DNA of 31,994 nt from Alphaproteobacteria bacterium (GCA_017540065.1 JAFYBU010000081.1:1-31994), one strand, 5' to 3'; counted from the first letter of the stretch, positions 5,604-15,384 are shown. Notes: a model not told the origin generated them from the sequence alone. Program-made: numbers and translations.

Positions 5604-7444
5604 ATTTTATTACGCCGTTTTTCATAGGCCTTACACCAATTTTTTACATCTTTGGAATAAGAGCCGTTGTGAATTTTTTTCGCTTCAAGAAAGAAGTTGT
5701 ATAAGATGGATTTGAATCTTCGGCGCGCTTCCTCGGAACACCCCGGATCATAAACCTTCAGAGCATTTTGAAGAGCATCTTTGAAATAATTGTTTAACGT
5801 CTGTTCATCCGCATATTTTTTCATTAAAGCAATCGCCTTTAAAACAACCGCCAAAAAGTCTGGAAAATTCGTGTCCAATTTTTCTGTTATTGCCCCCGAA
5901 TGCTTACGACGATGATAGAAAGTTTCCTTTAACGCCCCAATACGTTCGGCACGAAGTAATGATTCAATAAAAAAGGGCGTATCTTCATAACATAAAGCCT
6001 CTTTAATCCATTCAATATGATTCTTCTTCAAAAAATCGTGCCGATAAAATGTAAAACAAGACCCCACATTCACACGCATTATAATGTTTGTTAAATGCTT
6101 ATAGGTAAAAACAGGACCAAAATTGTCCGGCATCCACTTCAATTGCATAGGACTACTATTCAAGTGGTGATCATATCCATCCGTAAAATTTTCCCCCATA
6201 AAGAAGCACATATCCAATTCATACAATTTGCTGTACAAATAAAGACATTCCGAAGCATTCAATTCCAAGTAATCATCTGCATCCACATATTGAACATATT
6301 CCCCAGAGGCAATTTCCATAGCATGACGTCGTGCCAAAGGCAATTTTTGATTTGTTTGCGTTAGGACCTTTATCCGATTATCTTTTGTTGCATAATCTTG
6401 CAAAATTTTCAAAGAACCATCTGTTGAACCATCATCTACACAAATAATTTCAATGTTTTTCAAAGTTTGATTAACCAAAGAATCCAAACATTGCGGTAAA
6501 TACTTCTCCATATTATAAACAGCCAGAATCAAAGAAACGGCCGGCCGATCCTTAGGGGCAAATAAATCTTGAACAACAGATGTCGGAAGATTTTGCAAAA
6601 TCAAAGGTAATAATTTACTTTTATTTTGACATGCACTTATTAATTCAAACGAAATAGATTCTCGCACTCGCTTAGTGTACGCTGCCTTATAAATTTCATA
6701 TAATCCCTTTTCAAACAAATTATTGAAAAGAAATGCAAGCGTCTTTAAAACATCCATTAATTTTCTTTGATTTTCAATTAAAAAAGAAGCCTGTTCTTTA
6801 TTAAACCAACGGTAATGAATAAATGGAATATTTGTAAAACTGATTCTTTGGGAATTTGCCAACGCAGTCCAACTAAAAAAAGCATCTTCGCTATAAGGGC
6901 AATTACCAAATTCAATGTTGTTTTTCTTGATTAATTCTGTCTTCCACAATTTTGTCCAAGCATTAGGTCCGGTAAAAGTAAATAAATTTTCACCCAATTC
7001 CTTTGGCTCACACGGAGAAACAAGAGTTTCAGGTATATGGGGATACGCGATATCAATGTCTTCTTTTGTTCGATTATCATACATATAGAAAGCACAAACA
7101 ATAACATCCGATTGTTCTGCTTTGGCCGTGTAATAAAGGTATTCCAACATATTATCTTCAACAAAATCATCAGAATCCAAAAAAGCCAAATAGTCACCGA
7201 CCGCATGTGCTATACCTGTATTCCGCGCTGCCCCAACTCCGGCGTTTTTTTGATCAATGATTTTGAAACGATTATCTTTGGCAGCGTATTCGTTCAAAAT
7301 TGCCAAAGAATTATCTGTGGACCCATCATTCACACAGATGATTTCAATTTCCTTTAACGTTTGATTGACAAGCGAAGCCAAACATTCTTTCAAATAAGCA
7401 GCAGCATTATAAACAGGAACAACGACAGAAACTTTCGGAGTCAT
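5600..7444 (-). CDS. Glycosyltransferase family 2 with two tandem GT2 domains
   Basis: VSVVVPVYN...EIICVNDGSTD...FLDSDD and VSLILAVYN...EIICVDDGSTD...YVDADD. Start probably ATG 7444 (MTPKVSV) rather than 7501. Confidence 0.92.
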   Translation of the reverse strand: MTPKVSVVVPVYNAAAYLKECLASLVNQTLKEIEIICVNDGSTDNSLAILNEYAAKDNRFKIIDQKNAGVGAARNTGIAHAVGDYLAFLDSDDFVEDNMLEYLYYTAKAEQSDVIVCAFYMYDNRTKEDIDIAYPHIPETLVSPCEPKELGENLFTFTGPNAWTKLWKTELIKKNNIEFGNCPYSEDAFFSWTALANSQRISFTNIPFIHYRWFNKEQASFLIENQRKLMDVLKTLAFLFNNLFEKGLYEIYKAAYTKRVRESISFELISACQNKSKLLPLILQNLPTSVVQDLFAPKDRPAVSLILAVYNMEKYLPQCLDSLVNQTLKNIEIICVDDGSTDGSLKILQDYATKDNRIKVLTQTNQKLPLARRHAMEIASGEYVQYVDADDYLELNASECLYLYSKLYELDMCFFMGENFTDGYDHHLNSSPMQLKWMPDNFGPVFTYKHLTNIIMRVNVGSCFTFYRHDFLKKNHIEWIKEALCYEDTPFFIESLLRAERIGALKETFYHRRKHSGAITEKLDTNFPDFLAVVLKAIALMKKYADEQTLNNYFKDALQNALKVYDPGCSEEARRRFKSILYNFFLEAKKIHNGSYSKDVKNWCKAYEKRRNKI

Positions 7445-7502
7445 TTTAAGGCCTTTCATTCTATTGAGAATCAGCATACAAAAAGATGGCGAAAAAAGCA
7501 AG

Positions 7503-7524
7503 AAAAAAACGCCCGTAAAGGGCG
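7503..7524 (-). terminator. rpsU terminator
   Basis: CGCCC/GGGCG stem followed by T7 on the minus strand. Confidence 0.7.
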
Positions 7525-7549
7525 CTTTCTGATTTAATATTTAACAAAA

Positions 7550-7762
7550 TTAAAAACCTTCTGTTAAACGACGTTTCCGTTGATTTTTACGCGTACGACG
7601 AATACATTCTTCCAACTTACGCTTCCGGCGTTCACAGGGTTTTTCATAAAACTTACGCATTCTGAGTTCACGCATCAAACCATCTTTTTGCATTTTGCGT
7701 TTCAAAACACGAATTCCTGCTTCCACATTATTTTCGCGGACCACAATCTTTGACACTAACAC
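7550..7762 (-). CDS. rpsU: 30S ribosomal protein bS21
   Basis: VRENNVEAGIRVLKRKMQKDG...FYEKP.ERRKRK. The start may be GTG 7756, which is better spaced from AAGGAGG. Confidence 0.96.
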   Translation of the reverse strand: MLVSKIVVRENNVEAGIRVLKRKMQKDGLMRELRMRKFYEKPCERRKRKLEECIRRTRKNQRKRRLTEGF

Positions 7763-7799
7763 CCCTCCTTTCGGGAATCTGAATTTAACAATTTGGGGT

Positions 7800-7870
7800 A
7801 TTATACCCTATCTTGAAGAAAATAGCAAGAACAATTTTTCCTTGACCCTATATCATTTTTGTGATACTCT
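7800..7870. promoter_or_regulatory. Divergent sigma70 promoters (rpsU and the ialB-like/rlmN operon)
   Basis: Minus: TTGCTA-17-TATAAT (7828-7800). Plus: TTGACC-17-TACTCT (7842-7870). Confidence 0.6.
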
Positions 7871-7889
7871 TTCAAAAAAAGGAGGACGT

Positions 7890-8402
7890 ATGCGGTATTT
7901 CATTTGTTTTATATTGGCATTAGCGACATTTCCTTGTTTAGCAGCAAAGGATCCTAATTTAGAAAATTTGGGCACTTTCGGTAATTGGACAGCCTATACC
8001 TATCACGATGAAATGGGCAGAATTTGCTATATTGCCACCGAACCACAAAAATCATCCGGAAAGTATTCCAAACGGGATGACGTTTTCTTGATGGTAACAC
8101 ATCGCCCACAAGAAAAAGCATATAACGTTGTCAATGTTGTGGCAGGATATACATACCAAAAAAAGTCTGTCCCAACCCTTACGATTGACAATAAAAAAGC
8201 CATATCATTGGTTTCGCATGAAGACACCGCCTGGGCAAAAGATGCCAAAACAGATGCCCTTTTGGTAGAACAAATGAAGGCAGGTTCAAACGGCGTTTTG
8301 AAGGGGAAATCAAAACGCGGAACATTGACAACAGATACCTTTTCTTTCAAGGGTTTTTCAAAGGCCTTTGAAAAAATAAATGAGGCATGTAATTACCTAT
8401 GA
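7890..8402 (+). CDS. Invasion-associated locus B (IalB)-like exported protein
   Basis: Start ATG 7890 (GGAGG RBS). Signal peptide, then GTFGNWTAY...CYIAT.P...SKRG..T.D.FS.KGF..A..I..AC. Position upstream of rlmN is typical of alphaproteobacteria. Confidence 0.75.
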   Translation: MRYFICFILALATFPCLAAKDPNLENLGTFGNWTAYTYHDEMGRICYIATEPQKSSGKYSKRDDVFLMVTHRPQEKAYNVVNVVAGYTYQKKSVPTLTIDNKKAISLVSHEDTAWAKDAKTDALLVEQMKAGSNGVLKGKSKRGTLTTDTFSFKGFSKAFEKINEACNYL

Positions 8403-9463
8403 AAAAGGAACTGATCGGTTTAACTTTTGATGAATTAAAGGATGAGTTGGTTCAAATCGGTGAAAAGCCGTTTCGTGCCAAGCAACTTTGGCAATGGATT
8501 TATAACAAAGGCGAAACTGATTTTGACAAAATGTCCAGCTTGTCAAAAGATTTCCGCACAAAATTAAAGGAAAATTACACCCTTACACATCCGAAAATTG
8601 TAACCGAACAAACATCCGTTGATGGGACACGTAAATGGTTAATGGAATTTCAAGACGGTGCACGTGTGGAATGCGTTTACATCCCCGAAACAGATCGGGG
8701 AGCCGTGTGTATTTCCACACAAGTGGGATGCGCCCAAGGATGTAAATTTTGCCATACGGGAACACAAAAATGTCAACGCAATTTAACGGCCGGTGAAATT
8801 GTGGGACAAGTGATGTCGGCCAGGGATTCTTATGGTGAATGGCCAACAAAAACGGATGAAAATCGCCTGCTTTCCAACGTGGTTGTTATGGGGATGGGTG
8901 AACCGCTTTACAATTTTGAAAACTTAAAAAAAGCCCTGAGTATTTTAAATGATGGAGACGGAATGGCGATTTCCAAACGAAAAATTACCGTCAGTACCTC
9001 CGGACGCGCAGATAAAATTCCGGAATTGGCAGATATAGGTGTGAAATTAGCCATCAGTTTGCATGCCCCCACCGACGAAATTCGCAACAAAATTATGCCC
9101 GTCAATCGTAAGTTTCCTTTGGCTGAATTGGTGAAGGCATGTAGGGAATATCAAAAACGGTGCGAACATCGCCATTATATTACAATGGAATATGTCATGT
9201 TAAAGGGGATCAATGATTCATTGGAATGTGCCGAAAAATTGATTCCTTTGGTTAAAAATTTAGAGGTAAAATTTAACCTGATTCCTTTTCATCCGTGGGA
9301 AGGATGTCCTTTTGAATGTTCCAGCAATAATACAATGCACAAATTTTCAAAATTTTTGGAAGACCGTTTTATTGCCGCCCCCATTCGCAGATCAAGGGGA
9401 GAAGATATTATGGCGGCTTGCGGTCAATTAAAATCAGCAAATAAAAATAAGGAGAAGAAATGA
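8399..9463 (+). CDS. rlmN: Dual-specificity RNA methyltransferase RlmN (radical SAM)
   Basis: CISTQVGCAQGCKFC (CxxxCxxC), MGMGEPL, SLHAP and RRSRGEDIMAACGQL motifs. Confidence 0.97.
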   Translation: MKKELIGLTFDELKDELVQIGEKPFRAKQLWQWIYNKGETDFDKMSSLSKDFRTKLKENYTLTHPKIVTEQTSVDGTRKWLMEFQDGARVECVYIPETDRGAVCISTQVGCAQGCKFCHTGTQKCQRNLTAGEIVGQVMSARDSYGEWPTKTDENRLLSNVVVMGMGEPLYNFENLKKALSILNDGDGMAISKRKITVSTSGRADKIPELADIGVKLAISLHAPTDEIRNKIMPVNRKFPLAELVKACREYQKRCEHRHYITMEYVMLKGINDSLECAEKLIPLVKNLEVKFNLIPFHPWEGCPFECSSNNTMHKFSKFLEDRFIAAPIRRSRGEDIMAACGQLKSANKNKEKK

Positions 9464-10203
9464 TTATGTTCCAAAAATTATCCGTTGTTTTGGGAATAGC
9501 TCTTTTCAGTTCATCTGTATGGGCAGGAAACACTCAGCTTTATTCTTTTTCAAAAGCCAAAAAATTGCTGACAAATGTTGTTTATGCGGGTCATAACGAG
9601 ACCTTTTATTGCAAGGGTCATTTTGATTTGAAAAATAACATTGTTTTGCCGGAAGGTTTCAAAACACCGACACACGAAAAACGTGCCCATAAATTGGAAT
9701 GGGAACATGCTGTGCCTGCCGAAAACTTTGGACGAGCTTTCGCCGAATGGCGTGACGGACATCCGAAATGTATAGATTCAAAAGGAAAATCGTTCAAAGG
9801 ACGTAAATGTGCTGAAAAAATGAGCAAAGATTTTCAATTGATGCAATCCGATATGTATAATCTGTATCCTGCTATCGGTGCTGTTAATGCGATTCGTAGC
9901 AATTTTAATTATGCAGAATTACCTTCGGCAGAAATTACTTTCGGCACCTGTCCCATGAAAATTGAAGGAAAAAAAGCAGAACCGCCCGCATACACAAAAG
10001 GAACCATTGCACGAACATACCTTTATTTCGAAGCAGAATATCCGCAATATCATATGGGTGATGCCATGAAAAAATTGATGCAAGCATGGGACAAAATGTA
10101 TCCTGTGGATGCTTGGGAATGTGAACGAGCAAAACGCATTGAAAAATTACAAGGAAACCCCAATCGCTTTGTAAAAGAAGCATGTGAAAAGGCGGGTTTA
10201 TAA
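9460..10203 (+). CDS. endA: Periplasmic endonuclease I (EndA/Vvn family)
   Basis: Signal peptide, SFSKAKK, TFYC, EWEHAVPA, DMYNLYPAIGAVNAIRSNFNY and KGTIARTYLYF motifs. Confidence 0.9.
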   Translation: MIMFQKLSVVLGIALFSSSVWAGNTQLYSFSKAKKLLTNVVYAGHNETFYCKGHFDLKNNIVLPEGFKTPTHEKRAHKLEWEHAVPAENFGRAFAEWRDGHPKCIDSKGKSFKGRKCAEKMSKDFQLMQSDMYNLYPAIGAVNAIRSNFNYAELPSAEITFGTCPMKIEGKKAEPPAYTKGTIARTYLYFEAEYPQYHMGDAMKKLMQAWDKMYPVDAWECERAKRIEKLQGNPNRFVKEACEKAGL

Positions 10204-10205
10204 AG

Positions 10206-10763
10206 GTGCGTTGTCGGTGGGTAGATTTAACGGATCCGGAATATATTCATTATCATGATTGTGAATGGGGTGTTCCAGTTCACAGCGATCGGCTTTTGTT
10301 TGAAATGTTATGTTTGGAAAGTTTCCAGGCAGGACTTTCGTGGCAATGTGTTTTGCACAAAAGGGAAAATTTTAGAAAGGCTTTTGATAATTTTGACGCA
10401 AAAAAGATTGCCCTTTACGATAATGAAAAAGTAACCCAGTTAATGCAAAACAAAGGACTGATTCGGCACAAGTTGAAAATTAAGGCCAGTATTCAAAATG
10501 CCAAAGTTTTCCTTGAAATCCAAAAAGAATTTGGATCTTTTGATCAATATATTTGGATGTGGACCCAGGGAAAAACAATTAAATCTGATGGGGCACAAAC
10601 ACGATCTGAATTGTCCGATCAAATTTCAAAAGATTTGAAAAAACGAGGAATGAGTTTTGTCGGGACAACCATTATTTATGCATATCTGTGCGCTGTTGGT
10701 ATTATTAACGCACATGATAAGACTTGCGATTTCAAGGGGGGAAAATATGCAAACACTGATTAA
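10206..10763 (+). CDS. tag: DNA-3-methyladenine glycosylase I
   Basis: RCRWV...YHDCEWG...LFEMLCLESFQAGLSW...LKKRGMSFVGTTI...NAH...C. Confidence 0.95.
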   Translation: MRCRWVDLTDPEYIHYHDCEWGVPVHSDRLLFEMLCLESFQAGLSWQCVLHKRENFRKAFDNFDAKKIALYDNEKVTQLMQNKGLIRHKLKIKASIQNAKVFLEIQKEFGSFDQYIWMWTQGKTIKSDGAQTRSELSDQISKDLKKRGMSFVGTTIIYAYLCAVGIINAHDKTCDFKGGKYANTD

Positions 10764-11823
10764 ACCGAAAGCATTAAAAAAGGGAGATACGATTGCCAGT
10801 ATTTCTTTATCATCCGGGACGGCCGGTCTTTTTCCCAAACGTTATGAACAAGGCGTTAAACAAATCGAAGAAACCTTTGGAATTCACGTTATCCCTGCCC
10901 CGCACGCGTTATGTTCTCCACAAGAAGTTTATGAACATCCCGAATGGCGTCTGGCTGATTTTATGTGGGCTTTTGAAAACAAAGAGGTCAAAGGTATCTT
11001 ATCCAATATCGGCGGAGATGATACCATTCGAATGCTTCCCCTGATGACAGACAAACATTTTGAAATTATTTATAATAATCCCAAAATTTTTATGGGACTG
11101 TCCGATACCACCGTCAATCACATGATGTGCTTTAAGGCCGGATTAACCTCATTTTACGCCCCCTCTCTTTTATTTGGGTATGCGGAAAACAAAGGCATTC
11201 CCGAAATCATGATTGAAAATACAAAAAAGACTCTGTTTTCTACGGATCCTGTCGGTATTCTGCCGGAAAGTAAAGAATTTATTGTGGAAAACGTGGATTG
11301 GGGATTGAAAAATCCACCAAAACGTGAAAGGATTCCTTCAACTCCTTGGCGTTATATTCAAGGGGATAACGTTGTTTGTGGTCCTTTAATCGGGGGATGC
11401 GCTGACGTTTTAATGAACACCATTATCGGAACAAAATTATGGCCGGAACCGGATGATTTTGATAATGCTATTTTATTTTTGGAAGATTCCGAAGAACAAC
11501 CACCGGCTGAATGGGTGCTGTATTGGATGCGAAATTTGGGTGCGCAAGGGATATTAGAACGATTAGGCGGATTGTTATTTGCACGCCCCGGAAATGAACG
11601 TTTCAAGAACAAAGAAGAAGAACAAAAATGGTTGGCAAAATATCCCGAATTTGATAAAGCTATCTTAAAAGGTCTGAAAGAATTCGGACGTACGGATTTA
11701 CCCGTTGTAACCAACATGGATTACGGGCACACCTTACCACAATTGATTTTGCCTTATGGCGTTATGGCAGAAATCAACCCTGAAAAAAAGACTGTGTCTT
11801 TGTTGGAAAACGGTGTTATTTGA
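10747..11823 (+). CDS. S66 family peptidase (LD-carboxypeptidase / MccF-like)
   Basis: IKPKALKKGDTI start at ATG 10747. Ser-Glu-His triad motifs GLSDTT, LFLED and DYGHT are intact. Confidence 0.88.
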   Translation: MQTLIKPKALKKGDTIASISLSSGTAGLFPKRYEQGVKQIEETFGIHVIPAPHALCSPQEVYEHPEWRLADFMWAFENKEVKGILSNIGGDDTIRMLPLMTDKHFEIIYNNPKIFMGLSDTTVNHMMCFKAGLTSFYAPSLLFGYAENKGIPEIMIENTKKTLFSTDPVGILPESKEFIVENVDWGLKNPPKRERIPSTPWRYIQGDNVVCGPLIGGCADVLMNTIIGTKLWPEPDDFDNAILFLEDSEEQPPAEWVLYWMRNLGAQGILERLGGLLFARPGNERFKNKEEEQKWLAKYPEFDKAILKGLKEFGRTDLPVVTNMDYGHTLPQLILPYGVMAEINPEKKTVSLLENGVI

Positions 11824-11829
11824 AACAAA

Positions 11830-11859
11830 AAACAAGCCCCGGATAAAAGGGGCTTGTTT
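11830..11859. terminator. Bidirectional terminator
   Basis: AAACAAGCCCC/GGGGCTTGTTT 11-bp stem between convergent genes. Confidence 0.85.
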
Positions 11860-11875
11860 GAAAGATAACAGCAAA

Positions 11876-12673
11876 TCAATTTCTGCCAGTAATCCGTGAA
11901 TGAATAATGGGTTTACCACCTTTTTTCGGCCAAGAAGGACAAACCTCATCAACAAGTTTATAAAATTCATTTTCAGGCATGGGTTGTCCATTGTGCATAT
12001 CTTTGTAATACTTTCTTGTATTTAAGATACTTTCCAATTGTTCCTTTGAAAGAGGTTGTTTCGGATTGTTCGAATTCCATGAATTAGCTTGGAGAGAACG
12101 AGCACCCGGAAGCCAAGATTTGCCTCTTGATCCCGCTTCTACGTCGGTGATAAATTTCAAGAAAGAAGGACGAGTCGTAAAATCTTCAAATCTTTCGGCG
12201 CCTTCTTTTGCACCTTCACTGACGGAAGTAGCAGCATCTGCACCGGCTTCAGCAGTATCCAAAGTGGCAGTGGTAACTTTTTTACCGATACGTGTGATAC
12301 GGTTACCACTTTCACCGTCCTTATTGTTATCAGAGTCTTCTTTTACGGCTTCACAGCCACCTTTCAAAAGAAGAAATAAAGCGGTAAGAGCAGCACCCCA
12401 CGCAGCCCATTTGCCGACAGACTTCATAAGTTTCACACCATTATCGCTTCTGGCTTTCCATAAATCACCTTGAGCAGCTGTTTTTTCGGCTTGGGCTTTT
12501 ACAAGTTTTGCTTCGGCAGAGACTTGTTCAGCTTCTTCAGAAATGGCAGCGGCACCAGACTTTTTTACAGGTGTTTCACCTGATTCTTCGGCCAATTTTC
12601 TTGCAGCTTCCTTATCCCGCTGAATCACTTTTTCTTCCCCCTCTTTAATTTCATCTAAATAATCTTTTGACAT
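11876..12673 (-). CDS. Hypothetical single-pass membrane protein (265 aa)
   Basis: GGAGGA RBS, charged coiled-coil-like N-terminus and hydrophobic WAAWGAALTALFLLL. No family recognised. Confidence 0.75.
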   Translation of the reverse strand: MSKDYLDEIKEGEEKVIQRDKEAARKLAEESGETPVKKSGAAAISEEAEQVSAEAKLVKAQAEKTAAQGDLWKARSDNGVKLMKSVGKWAAWGAALTALFLLLKGGCEAVKEDSDNNKDGESGNRITRIGKKVTTATLDTAEAGADAATSVSEGAKEGAERFEDFTTRPSFLKFITDVEAGSRGKSWLPGARSLQANSWNSNNPKQPLSKEQLESILNTRKYYKDMHNGQPMPENEFYKLVDEVCPSWPKKGGKPIIHSRITGRN

Positions 12674-12681
12674 TTTTCCTC

Positions 12682-13059
12682 CTATGCGGCATCACGATAA
12701 TTTGTTCTTTCGGTTTCGCCAGTTTTAGCATGCCATCTGCCCAAAAAGCGAGGAGCTTTCATACCCCATCTTTTGCGAGCAGAGCGCGTTTTTTCCCGTG
12801 TATTTGTTTTTTCATTTTGCAAAGCATTTTGTTGCGGTTGAACTTCAATTTTTACAGTTTCACTCTTTTGAGGAACTTCATTCCACAAATCTTTCCATGC
12901 CTTGCGTAATCCACAAAAACCTAAAGCACCGATTCCCACTTGAGTTCCCAATATGACTGCACCAGCTTCAGCGGCTAAAAATGCAGGGGCATACAATAAA
13001 GCTCCGGCAGTTACCACACCTACAACAGCTGTTTCAACTAAAAACTTCTTCCAATTCAT
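12682..13059 (-). CDS. Hypothetical membrane protein (125 aa)
   Basis: AAGGAGG RBS, two Gly/Ala-rich hydrophobic segments and a basic tail. Confidence 0.75.
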   Translation of the reverse strand: MNWKKFLVETAVVGVVTAGALLYAPAFLAAEAGAVILGTQVGIGALGFCGLRKAWKDLWNEVPQKSETVKIEVQPQQNALQNEKTNTREKTRSARKRWGMKAPRFLGRWHAKTGETERTNYRDAA

Positions 13060-13086
13060 ATGTTACCTCCTTTATGGTATGCATAT

Positions 13087-13115
13087 AGTATACCATAAAT
13101 CCAGATTTTTGTCAA
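13087..13115 (-). promoter_or_regulatory. Near-consensus sigma70 promoter of the 13059-11876 operon
   Basis: TTGACA (13115-13110), 17 nt spacer, TATACT (13092-13087). Confidence 0.75.
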
Positions 13116-13133
13116 GTTTAACGCAATAAGTGT

Positions 13134-14015
13134 TTAAGAAATAAAAGCAATTCCAATAATCATCAATATAAAACAGATCATCTTTTTTGCAAAAGAAACA
13201 TTAAGTTCTTTGAATTGAAAACGATAAAAAGGTTGAATAAGCCAAACCAGAAAAAGCAGAAAAATGGGTTCGGTTGCTTCTATTGCAGCACTGATGACCA
13301 GAGACAACTTAGAAAGTGCATAAATAGCACATAGAATAGCCACAAAATAAACAAATTCGTTTATCAAAAACAAAGGGAATTTTTTCATATAAGAACGAGA
13401 ATGTTTGCGAATATCCGGTCGAAATTTTTTGACTAATAAAAATAAAAAAACAAGCACCCCGGAAATTAAGTTAGGATAAACAATCGTATTCACCCATATT
13501 CCATCTGATCCCAATGCATACTTGGCTAAAATACCCCGACAAGAAAGTAAGAAACTGGACAAAAACATCAAATAAAAAGCTTGATTTATTTTCAAGGAAC
13601 TCCCCTTTTTCATATTCAGAATAAAAGAAGCCGATATCACAATGAAAAATCCTGTGTACTGCAGAGGAGTTAAAACGTCCCCCAAAAAGCAAAAAGACAA
13701 AACCGGAATAAAAATTTTACCAATGGAAAACAGCGAAGAAACAACAGAAGTATCCGTCTTTTTCAAAGCAATATAATACGGACATAAATATACAATATCA
13801 ATGATTGCCAATAAAGCATAAACAATCCAAAAACGAACCTCAGGCAATGTGGGTGTTCCAAAATAAAACATCAATGGAACAAACAAGGCGTTTGTTAAAG
13901 AAGCATAAAAACACATCGTCACCGGCTTCTTAAAAATATCCAACGACAAAAAGCTTTCAATTAAGACTGAAAGTGCATAAAATAGAGGCGATAAAAACGC
14001 AATTAAATAAATCAT
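13134..14015 (-). CDS. EamA/DMT family transporter
   Basis: About 10 hydrophobic segments in two repeats (ALKKTDTSVVSSL...; ALSKLSLVISAAI...). Start ATG 14015 or TTG 14021. Confidence 0.85.
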   Translation of the reverse strand: MIYLIAFLSPLFYALSVLIESFLSLDIFKKPVTMCFYASLTNALFVPLMFYFGTPTLPEVRFWIVYALLAIIDIVYLCPYYIALKKTDTSVVSSLFSIGKIFIPVLSFCFLGDVLTPLQYTGFFIVISASFILNMKKGSSLKINQAFYLMFLSSFLLSCRGILAKYALGSDGIWVNTIVYPNLISGVLVFLFLLVKKFRPDIRKHSRSYMKKFPLFLINEFVYFVAILCAIYALSKLSLVISAAIEATEPIFLLFLVWLIQPFYRFQFKELNVSFAKKMICFILMIIGIAFIS

Positions 14016-14113
14016 CGTCAACAGGTATACCCCATTTTCAATGAAAGTTCAAGAGAAGCCTTTCCTTTTCTTTCAAAATTTGATATACTTTTGCGTAAAG
14101 GGGGTAAATAAAA

Positions 14114-14536
14114 ATGCCTTATGAATTTAAAAAAGTATCAGCAGTTTGTCTTATTGAAGATAATGGAAAATTTTTATTTGTCAAACGTGCTCACACTGGA
14201 ATGGCTGATGGATTTTATATGTTGCCGGGCGGCCATGTGGATCAAGGAGAATCCGTTTTACACGCAACCGTCAGAGAATTAAAAGAAGAATTGGGAATAG
14301 ACGTCAAAGAAGAAAACTTGGAATTCAAATTGGTAGAACCGATTCACACACATATTACTTTCTTTTTCAAGGTTAAAAAATATACCGGAACCCCCAAAAA
14401 CATGGAACCGGAAAAACATGATGAAGTGGAATTTTTAAGCCCAGATCACCCGCTTGTTCATCCTTTTTCCAGACGAGAAATATCCTTGATTGAACAAGGA
14501 GTTTCCTTTTTTCCAAATGATAATTTTGAATTATAG
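14114..14536 (+). CDS. NUDIX hydrolase
   Basis: Nudix box GGHVDQGESVLHATVRELKEELG. Confidence 0.92.
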   Translation: MPYEFKKVSAVCLIEDNGKFLFVKRAHTGMADGFYMLPGGHVDQGESVLHATVRELKEELGIDVKEENLEFKLVEPIHTHITFFFKVKKYTGTPKNMEPEKHDEVEFLSPDHPLVHPFSRREISLIEQGVSFFPNDNFEL

Positions 14537-14544
14537 GAGGCATC

Positions 14545-15381
14545 ATGAAAGATTTAATTCCAATGGCTATTTGTTATGATTTTGATGGAACTTTGTCCCC
14601 CGGAAATATGCAAGAATACGGATGGATGAAGGCCTTAAAAATTAAAAAACCAAAAGAATTTTGGACAAAGGCAAACATGTTAGGACGCAACCAGGAAGCA
14701 GATGAAGTGGCTGCCTATATGTACCAAATGATGAGCGAAGCTAAAAAACATAATCAATTAATTCACCGTGCTACTTTGCACGCTGCAGGCAAAGATATTG
14801 AATTGTTTAAGGGCGTTTCAACTTGGTTTACCAGAATTAATAAGTATGCATTAAAACAAGGAGTTTTATTGAAACATTATATCATTTCATCTGGCTTGAA
14901 AGAAATGATTTCGGGAACCCCTGTTGCTAAAAATTTTGCTGAAATTTTTGCATCCAGTTTTATGTATGATGCTCACGGTAATGCTATCTGGCCGGCTGTT
15001 GTTTTGAATTATACATCAAAAACACAATTCATTTTCCGAATCAACAAAGGATGTGAAGATATTTGTGACAGAGAAGGAGTTAACGCTTATATGTCCACAA
15101 AAGACAGAGCTATTCCTTTTGCACATATGATTTATGTGGGAGATGGCGATACAGATATTCCTTGCATGCAAATCATTCGTCGCCACAATGGACACGCAAT
15201 AGCCGTTTATAATCCTGATAAAAAAAATGGAAAAAAGAAAGTAGAACATTTAATTCCCGAAAGGCGTGTCAACATTATTGCCCCTGGGGATTATTCCGCA
15301 GATAGCCCTATCGATAAATACGTTAAAGCCATTATCGACAAAGTTAAAGCTGTCCACGTATTACAAGAATTGGAAAGATAG
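14545..15381 (+). CDS. HAD superfamily hydrolase
   Basis: Motif I DFDGT, motif II IISSG and motif IV GDGDTD. Confidence 0.88.
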   Translation: MKDLIPMAICYDFDGTLSPGNMQEYGWMKALKIKKPKEFWTKANMLGRNQEADEVAAYMYQMMSEAKKHNQLIHRATLHAAGKDIELFKGVSTWFTRINKYALKQGVLLKHYIISSGLKEMISGTPVAKNFAEIFASSFMYDAHGNAIWPAVVLNYTSKTQFIFRINKGCEDICDREGVNAYMSTKDRAIPFAHMIYVGDGDTDIPCMQIIRRHNGHAIAVYNPDKKNGKKKVEHLIPERRVNIIAPGDYSADSPIDKYVKAIIDKVKAVHVLQELER

Positions 15382-15384
15382 TTA

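Noticed and set aside
7695-7889. Extended start of the IalB-like ORF
   Set aside because: It overlaps rpsU and its promoters. ATG 7890 has a GGAGG SD and begins the signal peptide.
10657-10746. Extended start of the S66 peptidase (similar over-long starts at 16293, 20918 and 26297)
   Set aside because: The family N-terminal motifs and SD sequences begin at the downstream ATGs.
12066-12473. 135 aa plus-strand ORF and other antisense ORFs within long genes (e.g. 4705-5097, 11358-11717, 25252-25677)
   Set aside because: They are fully nested antisense to well-supported genes and lack RBS or domain evidence.
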